Source of the DNA: an uncultured Trueperaceae bacterium
Lineage (GTDB): Bacteria > Deinococcota > Deinococci > Deinococcales > Trueperaceae
Assembly: GCA_963815215.1 (NCBI GenBank)
Contig: CAWFFU010000003.1
Location: 1-64,000 of the forward strand
Direction of reading: 5' to 3'
Length of the DNA stretch: 64,000 bases
The stretch's first letter is position 1; every line of letters starts with the position of its first letter. Shown here piece after piece: positions 28,710 through 37,967 of this stretch. The position numbers and the translations under genes are program-made. The notes beneath the pieces are model-generated. The model ran no database searches. It was given only the letters and a program-made list of their open reading frames with translations, and was not told the origin of the DNA.

Positions 28710-29717
28710 CTAGCCCGCGTCGTCGCGTCGGGGGGTCGTGTCTCCGGCCTCGTCGGCGTCCTCGCCCTCGGGGTCGCCGGCGCCGGCGCCGGCCTCTTCA
28801 CCGGTCTCCGTGCCGTCCTCGCCGTCTCCTGCGCGCGGCGTGACCGCGAGCAACTCGCCGGGGAACAGCTCCTGAAGGGCGTCCACGGTGTCTCGTAGGG
28901 CCTCGGGAAGCTCATCGGCCGTGGCCTCGCCGCCGAGCAGGGCGCGCTCCAGGTCCCCACCGGTAGCAGCGTCGCTCGTTCCTGTGTCAGCTGTGCCCGC
29001 TTCGACTTCACCTTCGCCGCTCGCGCCGCCTTCCGGCGGTCGCTGTTGGGACTGCGGGCGCGGGGCTCGCTCGCGCGGAGATTGGGCGCGCGGAGATTGG
29101 GCGCGCGGAGAGTGCGGGCGTGAGGAGCGCGATGGTGCGGACGGCGGTGGCGCGTCCCAGAACCCGGGCGGGAGCTCCTCGACGCCGGTCGCGACGTCAT
29201 CGGGGATACCGGGATCCCGGTCCTGGTCCCTGGCCCCCGATTCGGGTACTTCGCTTGCCGGCGCCGCGCCCTCCTTGGCCTCCATCTTGGACGCTCGGGT
29301 CGTGGACGCTTCGGTCACCGAAGTAGCGGGCGCCGGCGACCCGTCATCGGCGGTCTCGTCGTCGGGCGCTGCCTCCTCGGGCGCTGCCTTCTCGGGCGCT
29401 GCCTTCTCGGGCGCTGCCTCGTCGGGCGCCGGCTCCTCGGGCGCTGCGTGCTCGGCCGCCGTATCCAGAAGCGCCGTGTTCCGGGCCGCCGTGTCTTCGG
29501 CCGCCGTGTCTTCGGCCGCCGTGTCCTCGGTCGCCGTGTCCTCGCGTGCGTCCTCGGGAGCTCCGCGCTCGGGCGCACCGTCGTCCTGGGCGTCGCCCTC
29601 CGGGGATGGGGAGGACGCGCCGGACGGCAGCGGTCGATCCCGTTGTGGCGGGTTCGCGGCCGCCGCAGTTCGTGGGGCTGCCGGGGCTCCCGCCGCGCGG
29701 GGCCCCGTCAGGCTATT
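28710..29717 (-). CDS. dnaX: C-terminal -1-frame extension of DnaX (tau-specific part), reached by frameshift or slippage
   Basis: The -1 frame is open for 335 codons from the A8 run (NSLTGPRAAG..) through ORF 28710..29318 to TAG. It ends in a small folded-looking segment (LPEALRDTVDALQELFPGELL) and an acidic tail. Confidence 0.8.
   Translation of the reverse strand, partial: NSLTGPRAAGAPAAPRTAAAANPPQRDRPLPSGASSPSPEGDAQDDGAPERGAPEDAREDTATEDTAAEDTAAEDTAARNTALLDTAAEHAAPEEPAPDEAAPEKAAPEKAAPEEAAPDDETADDGSPAPATSVTEASTTRASKMEAKEGAAPASEVPESGARDQDRDPGIPDDVATGVEELPPGFWDAPPPSAPSRSSRPHSPRAQSPRAQSPRERAPRPQSQQRPPEGGASGEGEVEAGTADTGTSDAATGGDLERALLGGEATADELPEALRDTVDALQELFPGELLAVTPRAGDGEDGTETGEEAGAGAGDPEGEDADEAGDTTPRRDDAG
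29362..29540. repeat. Degenerate 15-bp coding tandem repeats (EDTAA / AAPEK)
   Basis: GGCCGCCGTGTCTTC and GGGCGCTGCCTTCTC units. Confidence 0.85.
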
Positions 29718-29723
29718 TTTTTT
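29682..29723 (-). promoter_or_regulatory. dnaX recoding signal: A8 run plus downstream GC hairpin
   Basis: CCA AAA AAA ATA GCC TGA, with hairpin CGGGGCCCCGC-GCG-GCGGGAGCCCCG at 29707-29682. Confidence 0.75.
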
Positions 29724-31483
29724 GGTGCGCCCCCGTCGGGACCTTCGATCAGGATCGTGTGGCCGGGGCCGGCGACCTCGTCGACCAGGGCGGCGAGCTC
29801 CTCGGAGCGCCCCAGGAGCTGAGCATGATGGAAGCGGTGGACGGCGTCGTACGTGAGTCGCACCACGTCTCCGTCGACGCTCTCGTGCGCCGGCTTGAGG
29901 AAGGCCTTGAGCTGCGCGCCCGCCTTCGCCTTGACGGCCCGCCAGGACAGCGGCTTGCGCGGCGTGTCGGTCGTGTCCGCGTGCGACGCTGCGTGCGATG
30001 CTGCGGGCGATGCCGGTTCGGAGTCCGAGGCGGCGTACGTACTCGCGTTCCGATCGGTGTCTGGATCGGTGTCTGGATCGGTGTCTGTACCCGCGCCGGG
30101 CGACGCTTCCGGCGGTGTGCTCGCCGTCGCCTCTGTCCGCGTACCGGCTGCCGCACCCGCACTTTCGGCGGACGCGCGCTTACCGGAGCGGCCGCGGCGC
30201 CCGCCGTTCGGTTCGAAGGGAGGCGCCGCCGGCGCACCGGGGCGGCCGGCGCCGGCGTCACGGGTGGCGAAGTCGCCCGGCTCTTCTGCGCTCGCTCCCG
30301 AGCCCGACTGCGTGACCGCGGCTGGGTCCACAGCTGGGTCCGCGACAGTGTCCGCGACAGTGTCCGCGACAGTGTCCGCGGTCGTGTCCGCGGTCGTGTC
30401 CGCGGCCGGGGCCCCGGTCCCCTCGCCGGCGGAACCCCGCCCCGCCCCCTCGCGCAGCGCGTTGAGGCCCTTGATGAGGGCCACCTCGAGCGCGTAGAGA
30501 TCGTTGTGCCGCAAGAAGCGCTCCATATCGTCGTCGAGCGCCTGGATGACGCGCATCAGGGCGGCATCGTCGATCGCGAGACGGAAACCCCGTCCACTGA
30601 CCGAGCCCACCAGGGCGTCGCGCAGGGTGCGCGTGAGTTGTTCAGCCAGCGTGCGCGGCGAGAACCCCTCGCGATAGAGCGCGGCGGCTTCGTCGAGCAG
30701 CGTCGCCAGATCCTGCTCGGCGAGCGCGCCGCCCATCGTCCGTAATCGATCGTTCGGGGGCAGCCCCAGCGCCTCCTCGGCGGCACCCGCGGTGATGCCG
30801 TCGTCGAGCAGCAGCAGCCGTTCGAGCATCGACTCGGCGTCGCGCATTCCGCCGTCGGCAACCCGCGCCACCAGCCGGAGGGCTTCCGGCTCCGCTGCGA
30901 CGTCGGCCGCCGCCGCCAGCGCCTCCAGCTTGCCCGCGATCTCATCCTCGGAGAGGCGCCGGAAGCGGAAGTGCTGGCAGCGCGACAGGATCGTCGGTGG
31001 CAGCTTCTCTGGTTCGGTCGTCGCCAGGATGAAGAGCAGGCCTGGAGGGGGTTCCTCGAGCGTCTTCAGCAAGGCGTTGGCGGCCGCACGGCTGAGCATG
31101 TGGGCCTCGTCGAGGATCCATACCCGGGTGCCGCCGCGCAGACCCGCCAGGCCGACCTTCTCACGCAGATCCCGAACGTCGTCGACCGAGTTGTTGGAGG
31201 CCGCATCGAGCTCGGTCACGTCGGGGTGCGAGCCCTCCTGCACCAGGCGGCAGGATTCACAACGACCGCAGGGCCGCGCGGCCGGGTCCTCGTCCTCGCA
31301 ATTCGCCGCCATCGCCAGCAGGCGTGCGGTCGTAGTCTTGCCCACCCCCCGCGGGCCGGAGAAGAGGTAGGCGTGACCGATGCGGTCGCGGCGAACCGCC
31401 GAGCCCAGCACCTCGATGACATGTTCCTGGCCTACGACCTCGTCGAAGCGGACGGGGCGGGCTCGTTGGTACAGCGCCGACAT
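29708..31483 (-). CDS. dnaX: DNA polymerase III subunit gamma/tau (zero-frame product, 591 aa)
   Basis: GPRGVGKTT, ELDAASN, DEAHML, LLKTLEEPP and SRC motifs. Confidence 0.96.
   Translation of the reverse strand: MSALYQRARPVRFDEVVGQEHVIEVLGSAVRRDRIGHAYLFSGPRGVGKTTTARLLAMAANCEDEDPAARPCGRCESCRLVQEGSHPDVTELDAASNNSVDDVRDLREKVGLAGLRGGTRVWILDEAHMLSRAAANALLKTLEEPPPGLLFILATTEPEKLPPTILSRCQHFRFRRLSEDEIAGKLEALAAAADVAAEPEALRLVARVADGGMRDAESMLERLLLLDDGITAGAAEEALGLPPNDRLRTMGGALAEQDLATLLDEAAALYREGFSPRTLAEQLTRTLRDALVGSVSGRGFRLAIDDAALMRVIQALDDDMERFLRHNDLYALEVALIKGLNALREGAGRGSAGEGTGAPAADTTADTTADTVADTVADTVADPAVDPAAVTQSGSGASAEEPGDFATRDAGAGRPGAPAAPPFEPNGGRRGRSGKRASAESAGAAAGTRTEATASTPPEASPGAGTDTDPDTDPDTDRNASTYAASDSEPASPAASHAASHADTTDTPRKPLSWRAVKAKAGAQLKAFLKPAHESVDGDVVRLTYDAVHRFHHAQLLGRSEELAALVDEVAGPGHTILIEGPDGGAPKKIA
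30052..30403. repeat. 12-bp coding tandem repeats in the DnaX linker (DTDP; ADTV/ADTT)
   Basis: GATCGGTGTCTG x3 at 30052-30087; GTCCGCGACAGT-type units at about 30337-30403. Confidence 0.85.
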
Positions 31484-31603
31484 CAGGGGTCACTGTACCA
31501 CCGGGCAATCGTCTTCCCGGCACCGCCGCAGGCGCTGAAGGGCGCGTCCAGGCGCGCAACGCGACGACGCGCGCGGGGAGGCCTGCGTTGTAGCATGGTG
31601 CTC

Positions 31604-32515
31604 ATGAAGGCGGCCGCAGCCCATGGCGTCCGGCCGCGTCTCGGGGTGGCGTTCAGCGGCGGCACGGCCCGTGGCCTGGCGCACATCGGGGCGCTCAAGG
31701 TGCTCGAGGCCGAGGGGGCCACGCCGAGCGCGCTGGCGGGCACGAGCTACGGGGCGATCATCGCCGCTCTCTACGCGCTGGGCATGCCTGCGTTGGAGCT
31801 CGAGAGGCTGGTGCGGGAGCAGGACACCGGGGAGATCTGGCGGCAGGGCATCGACTTCGGCATCCACCGCGGCAGCCTCATCCACGGCCGGCGCTTGGCG
31901 CGCTGGCTCGATCGCAAGTTCTTCTTCGGGGCCACGTTCGCCGATACCGAGATCCCCTTCGTGGTGGCCTGCACCGATCTCTCGACGGGGCGACTGCGGG
32001 TGATCCGGGAGGGGAGCATCGCGCAGGCGGTGCAGGCGAGCATCGCGCTGCCGGGCGTGTTCGCCCCCGTGCGACGGGAAGGCCGCGTGCTCATCGACGG
32101 CGGTTTCGTGGAAACGGTGCCGTTCCGCGCGCTGTCCACGCTGGATCCGGACATCGTCATCGGGCTCCACGCCGGCATCGACGTGGAGCATTCACGCCTC
32201 GTGCGCTTCATCCGGCGCTTCAACGCCTCGCGCTGGGGCCGGCGCTACCAACGGCTGGCCGCCCGCAGCAGGGCGAACGGACCGTTCGGCCAGATGGCCC
32301 GCGGGTTGGCGATCTCGCTGCGCTCGTACAGTCACGGGCTCCGGGCGCCGCGCGGCGGGCTGCTGGTGCGTGAGGATCCGCCCACGGCCTGGTGGGACTT
32401 CCACAAGTCGCCGCAGGCGATCCTTGCCGGAGAGCAGGCGATGCGTGCGGCGCTGGCCGCCGCTCCGGAGTTCGCCTGCCGGCTGCGCGGCGAGGAGGTG
32501 CCGTGCGGCCGCTGA
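31604..32515 (+). CDS. Patatin-like phospholipase
   Basis: SGGTARG, GTSYG (GxSxG) and DGG motifs. Confidence 0.88.
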   Translation: MKAAAAHGVRPRLGVAFSGGTARGLAHIGALKVLEAEGATPSALAGTSYGAIIAALYALGMPALELERLVREQDTGEIWRQGIDFGIHRGSLIHGRRLARWLDRKFFFGATFADTEIPFVVACTDLSTGRLRVIREGSIAQAVQASIALPGVFAPVRREGRVLIDGGFVETVPFRALSTLDPDIVIGLHAGIDVEHSRLVRFIRRFNASRWGRRYQRLAARSRANGPFGQMARGLAISLRSYSHGLRAPRGGLLVREDPPTAWWDFHKSPQAILAGEQAMRAALAAAPEFACRLRGEEVPCGR

Positions 32516-33735
32516 TGGTGCTCAGGGGGTTGGAGCAGCGCCCCACCTGGCCGGCCCTCAGAGCTCTGGACGCGGCCCTGCAGGGACGGTACCCGGAGCC
32601 GGTCGAAGCGGCGTATGTGGGCGTTGTGAGGGCGTTGCTGGCCGAGCAGCGCGCCGATCTGGCGTCGGCCTTTGCGGGCGCCCTGCTCGGGGTGGACAAC
32701 CCTCTGGTCCGTGAGACCGATCCTCCTGCCGGCCTTCTCGAAGCGGCGCGCGCCGACCTGGAGGGGATCGCGGGTACCCTGAGGCGCAACTGGTGGTCCG
32801 AGGCGAAGGCGCAGGGCGCAGCCGATCTGCCGCTCTTGCGGGAGCTCGCGCGCCCCCCCGAGCGAGACCCGTGGGAGGACGCCGTGGCGGTGCTCGCCGA
32901 GGCGCTCATGGTAGAGCCGGCGGACGCCCTCCTCGGGCACCTGCTCGCCCGCTACCGCGAGCACGGCGCCGGCGCGCCCGCCCGCTACGTGGCGCTCCGC
33001 TGGCAGGACGGTGCGCTCCTCGGCATCCCCCATCCCGCCGTGGCCGACGCCGCCACGCTGGTGGGTGTCGACGATCGGCTCGCCAGGCTCTTCGCCAACA
33101 CCGAAGCGCTGCTGGCGGGAGCCCCGGCCCACAACGTCCTGCTCTACGGGCCGCGCGGCAGCGGCAAGTCCACGGCGGTCCGCAGCCTCCTGCCGCGCTA
33201 CGGGGAGCGCGGGCTGCGCCTGGTGGAGCTGTCGGGGGACGCGCTGCAGACGCTGCCGGAGGTGGTCCAGCAGCTGCGCGCGCTCCCGCAACGCTTCGTG
33301 CTCTACGTCGACGATCTCAGCTTCGAGAACGACGACCGCCGCTACCACCCCCTGAAGACGTTGCTGGAGGGCAGCCTCACAGCCCGTCCGGCCAACGTCG
33401 TGCTCTACGCCACCAGCAACCGCCGTCACCTGCTGCGCGAGCGTCTCTCCGAGCGGCCCCAGCCCGGCGAGGACGACGATGTGCATGCCTGGGACACCCA
33501 CAACGAACGGCTCGCGCTGGCCGACCGCTTCGGACTCACGCTCACCTTCCCCAGCGCCAGCCAGCGTCGCTACCTCGACATCGTCGAGGCGCTGGCGGCG
33601 CGTGAGGGGATCGCCGCACCGGACCTGAGCGAGCGTGCGGTTCGTTTCGCCGACTGGGGTAACGGTTACTCGGGGCGGACCGCGCGTCAGTTCATCGATG
33701 CGGTTGTGCAGGAGCGGGCCGCCGGACGGACCTGA
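32503..33735 (+). CDS. DUF815-family AAA+ ATPase
   Basis: VLLYGPRGSGKST, YVDDLSFE, YATSNRRHL, LADRFG and SGRTARQF motifs. Confidence 0.88.
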   Translation: MRPLMVLRGLEQRPTWPALRALDAALQGRYPEPVEAAYVGVVRALLAEQRADLASAFAGALLGVDNPLVRETDPPAGLLEAARADLEGIAGTLRRNWWSEAKAQGAADLPLLRELARPPERDPWEDAVAVLAEALMVEPADALLGHLLARYREHGAGAPARYVALRWQDGALLGIPHPAVADAATLVGVDDRLARLFANTEALLAGAPAHNVLLYGPRGSGKSTAVRSLLPRYGERGLRLVELSGDALQTLPEVVQQLRALPQRFVLYVDDLSFENDDRRYHPLKTLLEGSLTARPANVVLYATSNRRHLLRERLSERPQPGEDDDVHAWDTHNERLALADRFGLTLTFPSASQRRYLDIVEALAAREGIAAPDLSERAVRFADWGNGYSGRTARQFIDAVVQERAAGRT

Positions 33736-33756
33736 GGGCGGCGCACGTGGGCGGCG

Positions 33757-35631
33757 CTAGTGGGTCGTGGCGCCGCCTGCCAGACGTGCGACGCCGGCGG
33801 CCAGATCGTAGGCCTGCCCCCGGTTCAGGGGGGCCGATGGAGCGAAGCCGGCGGGCACCAGGCCGGCTCGCTGCAACGCGCTCCAGGTAGGTTCCGCCGG
33901 GCAGGCGCCGAGCCGGCAGGCGGCGTCGTAGACCGCACTCAGCGCGATGGCCGGGCGCAGTGGCGCGGTGCTGGTGCCGTAGCGCGCGACCAGCGTCGGG
34001 CCGGTGTCGACATCGCCGAAGAAACGCTGTGCCACGTTGCTGAGCAGGTACAGGAAGCTCAGCTGGGTAACGGGCCGGGCGAGGTGAGGATCGTTGTCGT
34101 AGCCGCCGACGGCCAGGCCGCGGCTGAGCAGGAGACGGTAGGCGTCGTAGTACGGGCTCGTGACCGGTCCGACCGGGGCGCGCGGCTCCACCGTGGGCAG
34201 GTAGGCGCCGCGAGCGCGCAGCGTGGCGCGCACCGCCTGCACCTGGGCAGGGTCGCGCGCCAGCTTCGAGGGATCGAGGCCGAGCGCGGCCCCGCGGGCG
34301 GCGGCTACCCCGACGGCCTCGGCCAGGGCCATCCCGAACGGCACCACGCGGGCGCTGGCGAACGCGATGGGGTCGAACCCGGCCGTCTTGCCCACCACCC
34401 ACAGCGGTGCGGGCGAGGGCGACACGCTCATGCACAACCGCGCCCCGTACACCTCGGGCGTGCCGTAGACGAAGCCGCTGTCGTGCTCGGTCAGGCTCTG
34501 GACGTCGAGCGGGTAGCCGCCCGCCGCCACGTCCTGGTCGGTGACGAGGTTGTCCAGCACGTCGCCGACGTGCAACACGCACTGCGCCTCGAGGTGGCGC
34601 GACTCCCGCACGTACAGCCTCGGAGCCACCCCGCTCAGGCGGGCGTTCTCGAGCCCCGGGATGCCCGCCGCCAGGTAGCGCACGACCGACGGCACCTCGG
34701 CGGCCGCGCGTCGGTGGGCGTCGGCGCGGCTGGCGGGATCGAGCGGGTCGTCGCCGAACACCAGCAGGGCGTTCACCAGCACCGTGCCGTCACTCTCGCG
34801 GCCGAGGTTCAACCCTCTCAGGCGTAACCCGCTACGGCTGGGAACGTACGCCGCGGGGTAGCCGCCGAACGGACCCCACACCACGTTGTCCCGCACTTCG
34901 GCGTATGCCGCGCCGCGGGCCTGCACGGCTCGCGTCAGCGCCGGCCAGTCGACGCCGTGGAGAGCGAAAACCAGGGTGTCGGCCATACGCTGCTTCACGC
35001 CCAGCGACTCCCAGCCAACCGTGAACGGTGCCCCGGCGGCGGCCGCGAAGCGGCCGTCGGCCTGTCCGTCGATGACCTGTTTGGCGAGCAGCGTCCGGTC
35101 GCCGGCGCGTGCGCCGAGCAGACGGCCGTCGGCATCGAGGAGCGGGACAGGCTCGGCGGAACCGAGGATCACCTCGACGCCGGCCCGGCTCAACATCGAC
35201 GTGAACGCGCGCTCTGCCGCGTCGACGTCGAAGGCCGGACGCTGGCCGACCTGCCGCCACCAGCGCAGGAACAGCCCGCGCTGGTACAGCTGCGGCTTCG
35301 TTCGCAGGTCGAGAACGTTGAGTTCGCCCAGCACGAAGAGCCCGCCGAGGCGCGTGTCGGTGGTGAGGAGCGCGGTCCGAGCGCCCTGCTCGGCCGCCGC
35401 CACCGCGGCGATGATCGCTTCGGGTTGCGAGCCGACCACGAGGACGTCCACGCTCTCGGCGCCCACGGCGGTGGGAGCGCTCGGCGTCGAGACGTTCGGG
35501 GAGGGCTGGGCGGCTGCCAAGGTGATCAGGGCCAGGGCCGCCAGGCTCAGGGCCGTGAGGGCGAGCCGGAAGCCTACCGCTCGTCGGGCCGGCTTCCAGT
35601 CCTCGTGACGGCGCATCCGAAGGGGGATCAT
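33757..35631 (-). CDS. Exported FAD-dependent oxidoreductase
   Basis: Signal peptide; VLVVG..AAVAAAEQG, LYVRESRH and SARV motifs. Confidence 0.8.
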   Translation of the reverse strand: MIPLRMRRHEDWKPARRAVGFRLALTALSLAALALITLAAAQPSPNVSTPSAPTAVGAESVDVLVVGSQPEAIIAAVAAAEQGARTALLTTDTRLGGLFVLGELNVLDLRTKPQLYQRGLFLRWWRQVGQRPAFDVDAAERAFTSMLSRAGVEVILGSAEPVPLLDADGRLLGARAGDRTLLAKQVIDGQADGRFAAAAGAPFTVGWESLGVKQRMADTLVFALHGVDWPALTRAVQARGAAYAEVRDNVVWGPFGGYPAAYVPSRSGLRLRGLNLGRESDGTVLVNALLVFGDDPLDPASRADAHRRAAAEVPSVVRYLAAGIPGLENARLSGVAPRLYVRESRHLEAQCVLHVGDVLDNLVTDQDVAAGGYPLDVQSLTEHDSGFVYGTPEVYGARLCMSVSPSPAPLWVVGKTAGFDPIAFASARVVPFGMALAEAVGVAAARGAALGLDPSKLARDPAQVQAVRATLRARGAYLPTVEPRAPVGPVTSPYYDAYRLLLSRGLAVGGYDNDPHLARPVTQLSFLYLLSNVAQRFFGDVDTGPTLVARYGTSTAPLRPAIALSAVYDAACRLGACPAEPTWSALQRAGLVPAGFAPSAPLNRGQAYDLAAGVARLAGGATTH

Positions 35632-36788
35632 TCGGCCGGATCGGCCTCGAGCAGCTCGGTGCGCACCGATTCCGCCACGGCGCGGGCCGCGTCGGGTCGC
35701 CCCATCTTGCGTGCCGCCTCCGCCATGGCGCTGCGCCGCGCCGGGTCACTGAAGAAGCTGCGTAGTTTGTGGGCGAAGGTGGTGATCGGCGCGATGCGCA
35801 TGGCGGCGCCGTGCTCCAGGAGTACGTTGGCGTTGGCTTCCTCCTGGAGAGGATAGGGGTGGACCACGGCCAGCGGCAGGCCGGCCGCCAGCGCTTCGCT
35901 ACTGGTCAACCCCCCCGGCTTGCCCACCAGCAGATCGGATGCCGCCATCAGCAGCGGGATGTCGCCGCGGCGCCCCTGGACCTCGAAGGCGATCGGCCCT
36001 TCGTAGCCCTCGACGGCTTCCTGCGCGACCGCTACCAGGCCGGGGCTTCGCCCGCATACCACGTACACCAGGAGGGGCCAGCGTAGTTCGGTGAGCTGCT
36101 CCAGCAACGCCCGCAGGGAGCTGGCATCGAGGCCTGAGGCCATGAACAGCAGAACGTCACGCTCGGCGCCGATGCCCAGCTCGGCGCGGGCCTGCGCCTT
36201 GCCGGGGAGCAGCGCGAACCGTGGATCGACCGGGATCCCGGTGACGCGGACGCGTCCTGCCTCGACCCCCGCCGATCGCAGATGCACCGCGACCTCGTCG
36301 CTGGCGACGTAGTAACGCAGGAGGCCCGGCTGCAGCCATAGGCTGTGCGCGAAGAAGTCGGTGATGACCTCGACCTGGGGCGGAGTCTTCCGCTTGCGCC
36401 GCATCCGGCCCGCGAGGATCTCGGGGCCGAGGAAGTGGGTATGGACGAGCACGTCGGGGTAGGCCATGGCGATCCGGTCGGGCAGCTCGTAGCTGAGCAT
36501 GCGCGTGAGCCGGGCCCGCACGCGCTGCTGGCGCGACTTCTCCTCACTCGGCATCTTGTCGAGACGGCGGCCGACCCACTCGACCAGATCGGGCACGGTG
36601 CGGACCAGGTCGAAGTAGGACTGGCGGTACAGGCGCCGGAAGGGCGCTGCAGTGTACTCGAGCAGATCGACGTGGTCGGCGACCATGCCGGCCTCGTCGA
36701 AGGCGGCCTGGAGGGCGTGTCCCGCCGCCACGTGCCCCCCTCCGATGGAGGCCGAAACGATCAGGATGCGCTTGCCCCCTGGCGACAC
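35628..36788 (-). CDS. MGDG-synthase/UgtP-family glycosyltransferase (GT28)
   Basis: SASIGGGH, ITDF..H..W, TGIPV, KPGGLTSSEA and QEEANA motifs. Confidence 0.9.
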   Translation of the reverse strand: MSPGGKRILIVSASIGGGHVAAGHALQAAFDEAGMVADHVDLLEYTAAPFRRLYRQSYFDLVRTVPDLVEWVGRRLDKMPSEEKSRQQRVRARLTRMLSYELPDRIAMAYPDVLVHTHFLGPEILAGRMRRKRKTPPQVEVITDFFAHSLWLQPGLLRYYVASDEVAVHLRSAGVEAGRVRVTGIPVDPRFALLPGKAQARAELGIGAERDVLLFMASGLDASSLRALLEQLTELRWPLLVYVVCGRSPGLVAVAQEAVEGYEGPIAFEVQGRRGDIPLLMAASDLLVGKPGGLTSSEALAAGLPLAVVHPYPLQEEANANVLLEHGAAMRIAPITTFAHKLRSFFSDPARRSAMAEAARKMGRPDAARAVAESVRTELLEADPAE

Positions 36789-36887
36789 GCCCGCAGCATA
36801 TCAGGGGGACCCGCGTCCGGAGGGGCCGACGCCGTCCCTCAGCGGGTTCTCAGGCACGCAGTGATAGCATGCGCGCAGGAGGTACGC

Positions 36888-37949
36888 ATGCGTTTCGCCT
36901 TGCCGGCACTGGCCGTGCTCGTCCTACTCGCGGGCTGCGCACCGGAGTCGGGGCCGAAGCTCCACGACGTCACGGTCTACGGTGCCTTGAACGCCCGGCT
37001 GAGCTACCTGTACGGATCGCCGAGGAAGTTCGACCTGGACGGGAAGCAGGTGACCCTGACCCAGGGGACTTCGACGGCGCCGTACGCCGTCGACAGCGCA
37101 CTGCTGGTCGACGGTCAGGCGTTCGTTCGGACCTCCGTCACCCCGCTCGAGGCCGCGCCGGTCGTGGTGTCGCGCATCCCGCTCACCACCGATCTGCGGC
37201 TGGAAGCCCGCAGCGACGTCGAACAGGTCGTCTACTTCGACGGCAGTGATTACTTCCGGCTGGTGAGCGGCGCCAAGGCCGGCACCAGCCAGACGGTGGT
37301 GCCCACGCCGCGGCTGAACCGCCTGCGCGGGCTCGGGGAGCTCACCGACCGCGAGGCGGACGCGCTGGCCAACGGGCTCGAGCAGGGCGGCAAGCCGTAC
37401 GTGCTGGCGGTGCTGCCGAGCACGACGCTGCCCAAGCACAGCGTGAACGGCACCAGCGAGTACCTGCAGACCGGCGTGTACGTGCAGCAGGGGCTCGAGA
37501 CCGCCGCCGCAGCGCCCGGTAGCGCGGCCCAACAGGTGGCCTGGGAGACGCTGGCGCAGGGGCAGAAGGCGGTCGGATTCGACAAGCCGCAGTACCTGCT
37601 GGTCAACAGCCAGGACCAACTCACCAACCTCTGGTACAAGGCCTACGGCTCGCAGCTCACCGTGCCGCCCGTGCCGAGCATCGACTTCTCGCGCGAGACG
37701 GTCCTCGCCGTCTTCGACGGGCAGAAGTCCACCGGGGGCTACGGCCTTCAGGTGCGCAGCGTGACGGTGGAGAACGGCGAGCTCTACGTGGACCTCGTGA
37801 AGCAGCAGCCCCAACAGGGGCAGGTGACGACCCAGTCCCTGACCAGCCCCTGGCTCTTGATCCATGTGCTGCGGGGCGGCTTCGACGTGGCCTGGTTCCG
37901 GAATCCGGACGACGGTAGCCTGATCGCGGTGGCGCGGGCGACGCAGTAG
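36888..37949 (+). CDS. Lipoprotein with PrcB-like C-terminal domain
   Basis: Lipobox LAGC; PSIDFSRETVLAVFDGQKSTGGY..TQSLTSPW. Confidence 0.75.
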   Translation: MRFALPALAVLVLLAGCAPESGPKLHDVTVYGALNARLSYLYGSPRKFDLDGKQVTLTQGTSTAPYAVDSALLVDGQAFVRTSVTPLEAAPVVVSRIPLTTDLRLEARSDVEQVVYFDGSDYFRLVSGAKAGTSQTVVPTPRLNRLRGLGELTDREADALANGLEQGGKPYVLAVLPSTTLPKHSVNGTSEYLQTGVYVQQGLETAAAAPGSAAQQVAWETLAQGQKAVGFDKPQYLLVNSQDQLTNLWYKAYGSQLTVPPVPSIDFSRETVLAVFDGQKSTGGYGLQVRSVTVENGELYVDLVKQQPQQGQVTTQSLTSPWLLIHVLRGGFDVAWFRNPDDGSLIAVARATQ

Positions 37950-37967
37950 CGCCGCGCAGCCGGTCGC

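Noticed and set aside
28710..29318. Stand-alone 202-aa hypothetical gene
   Set aside because: Its frame stays open up to the dnaX A8 run, so it is better explained as the dnaX extension.
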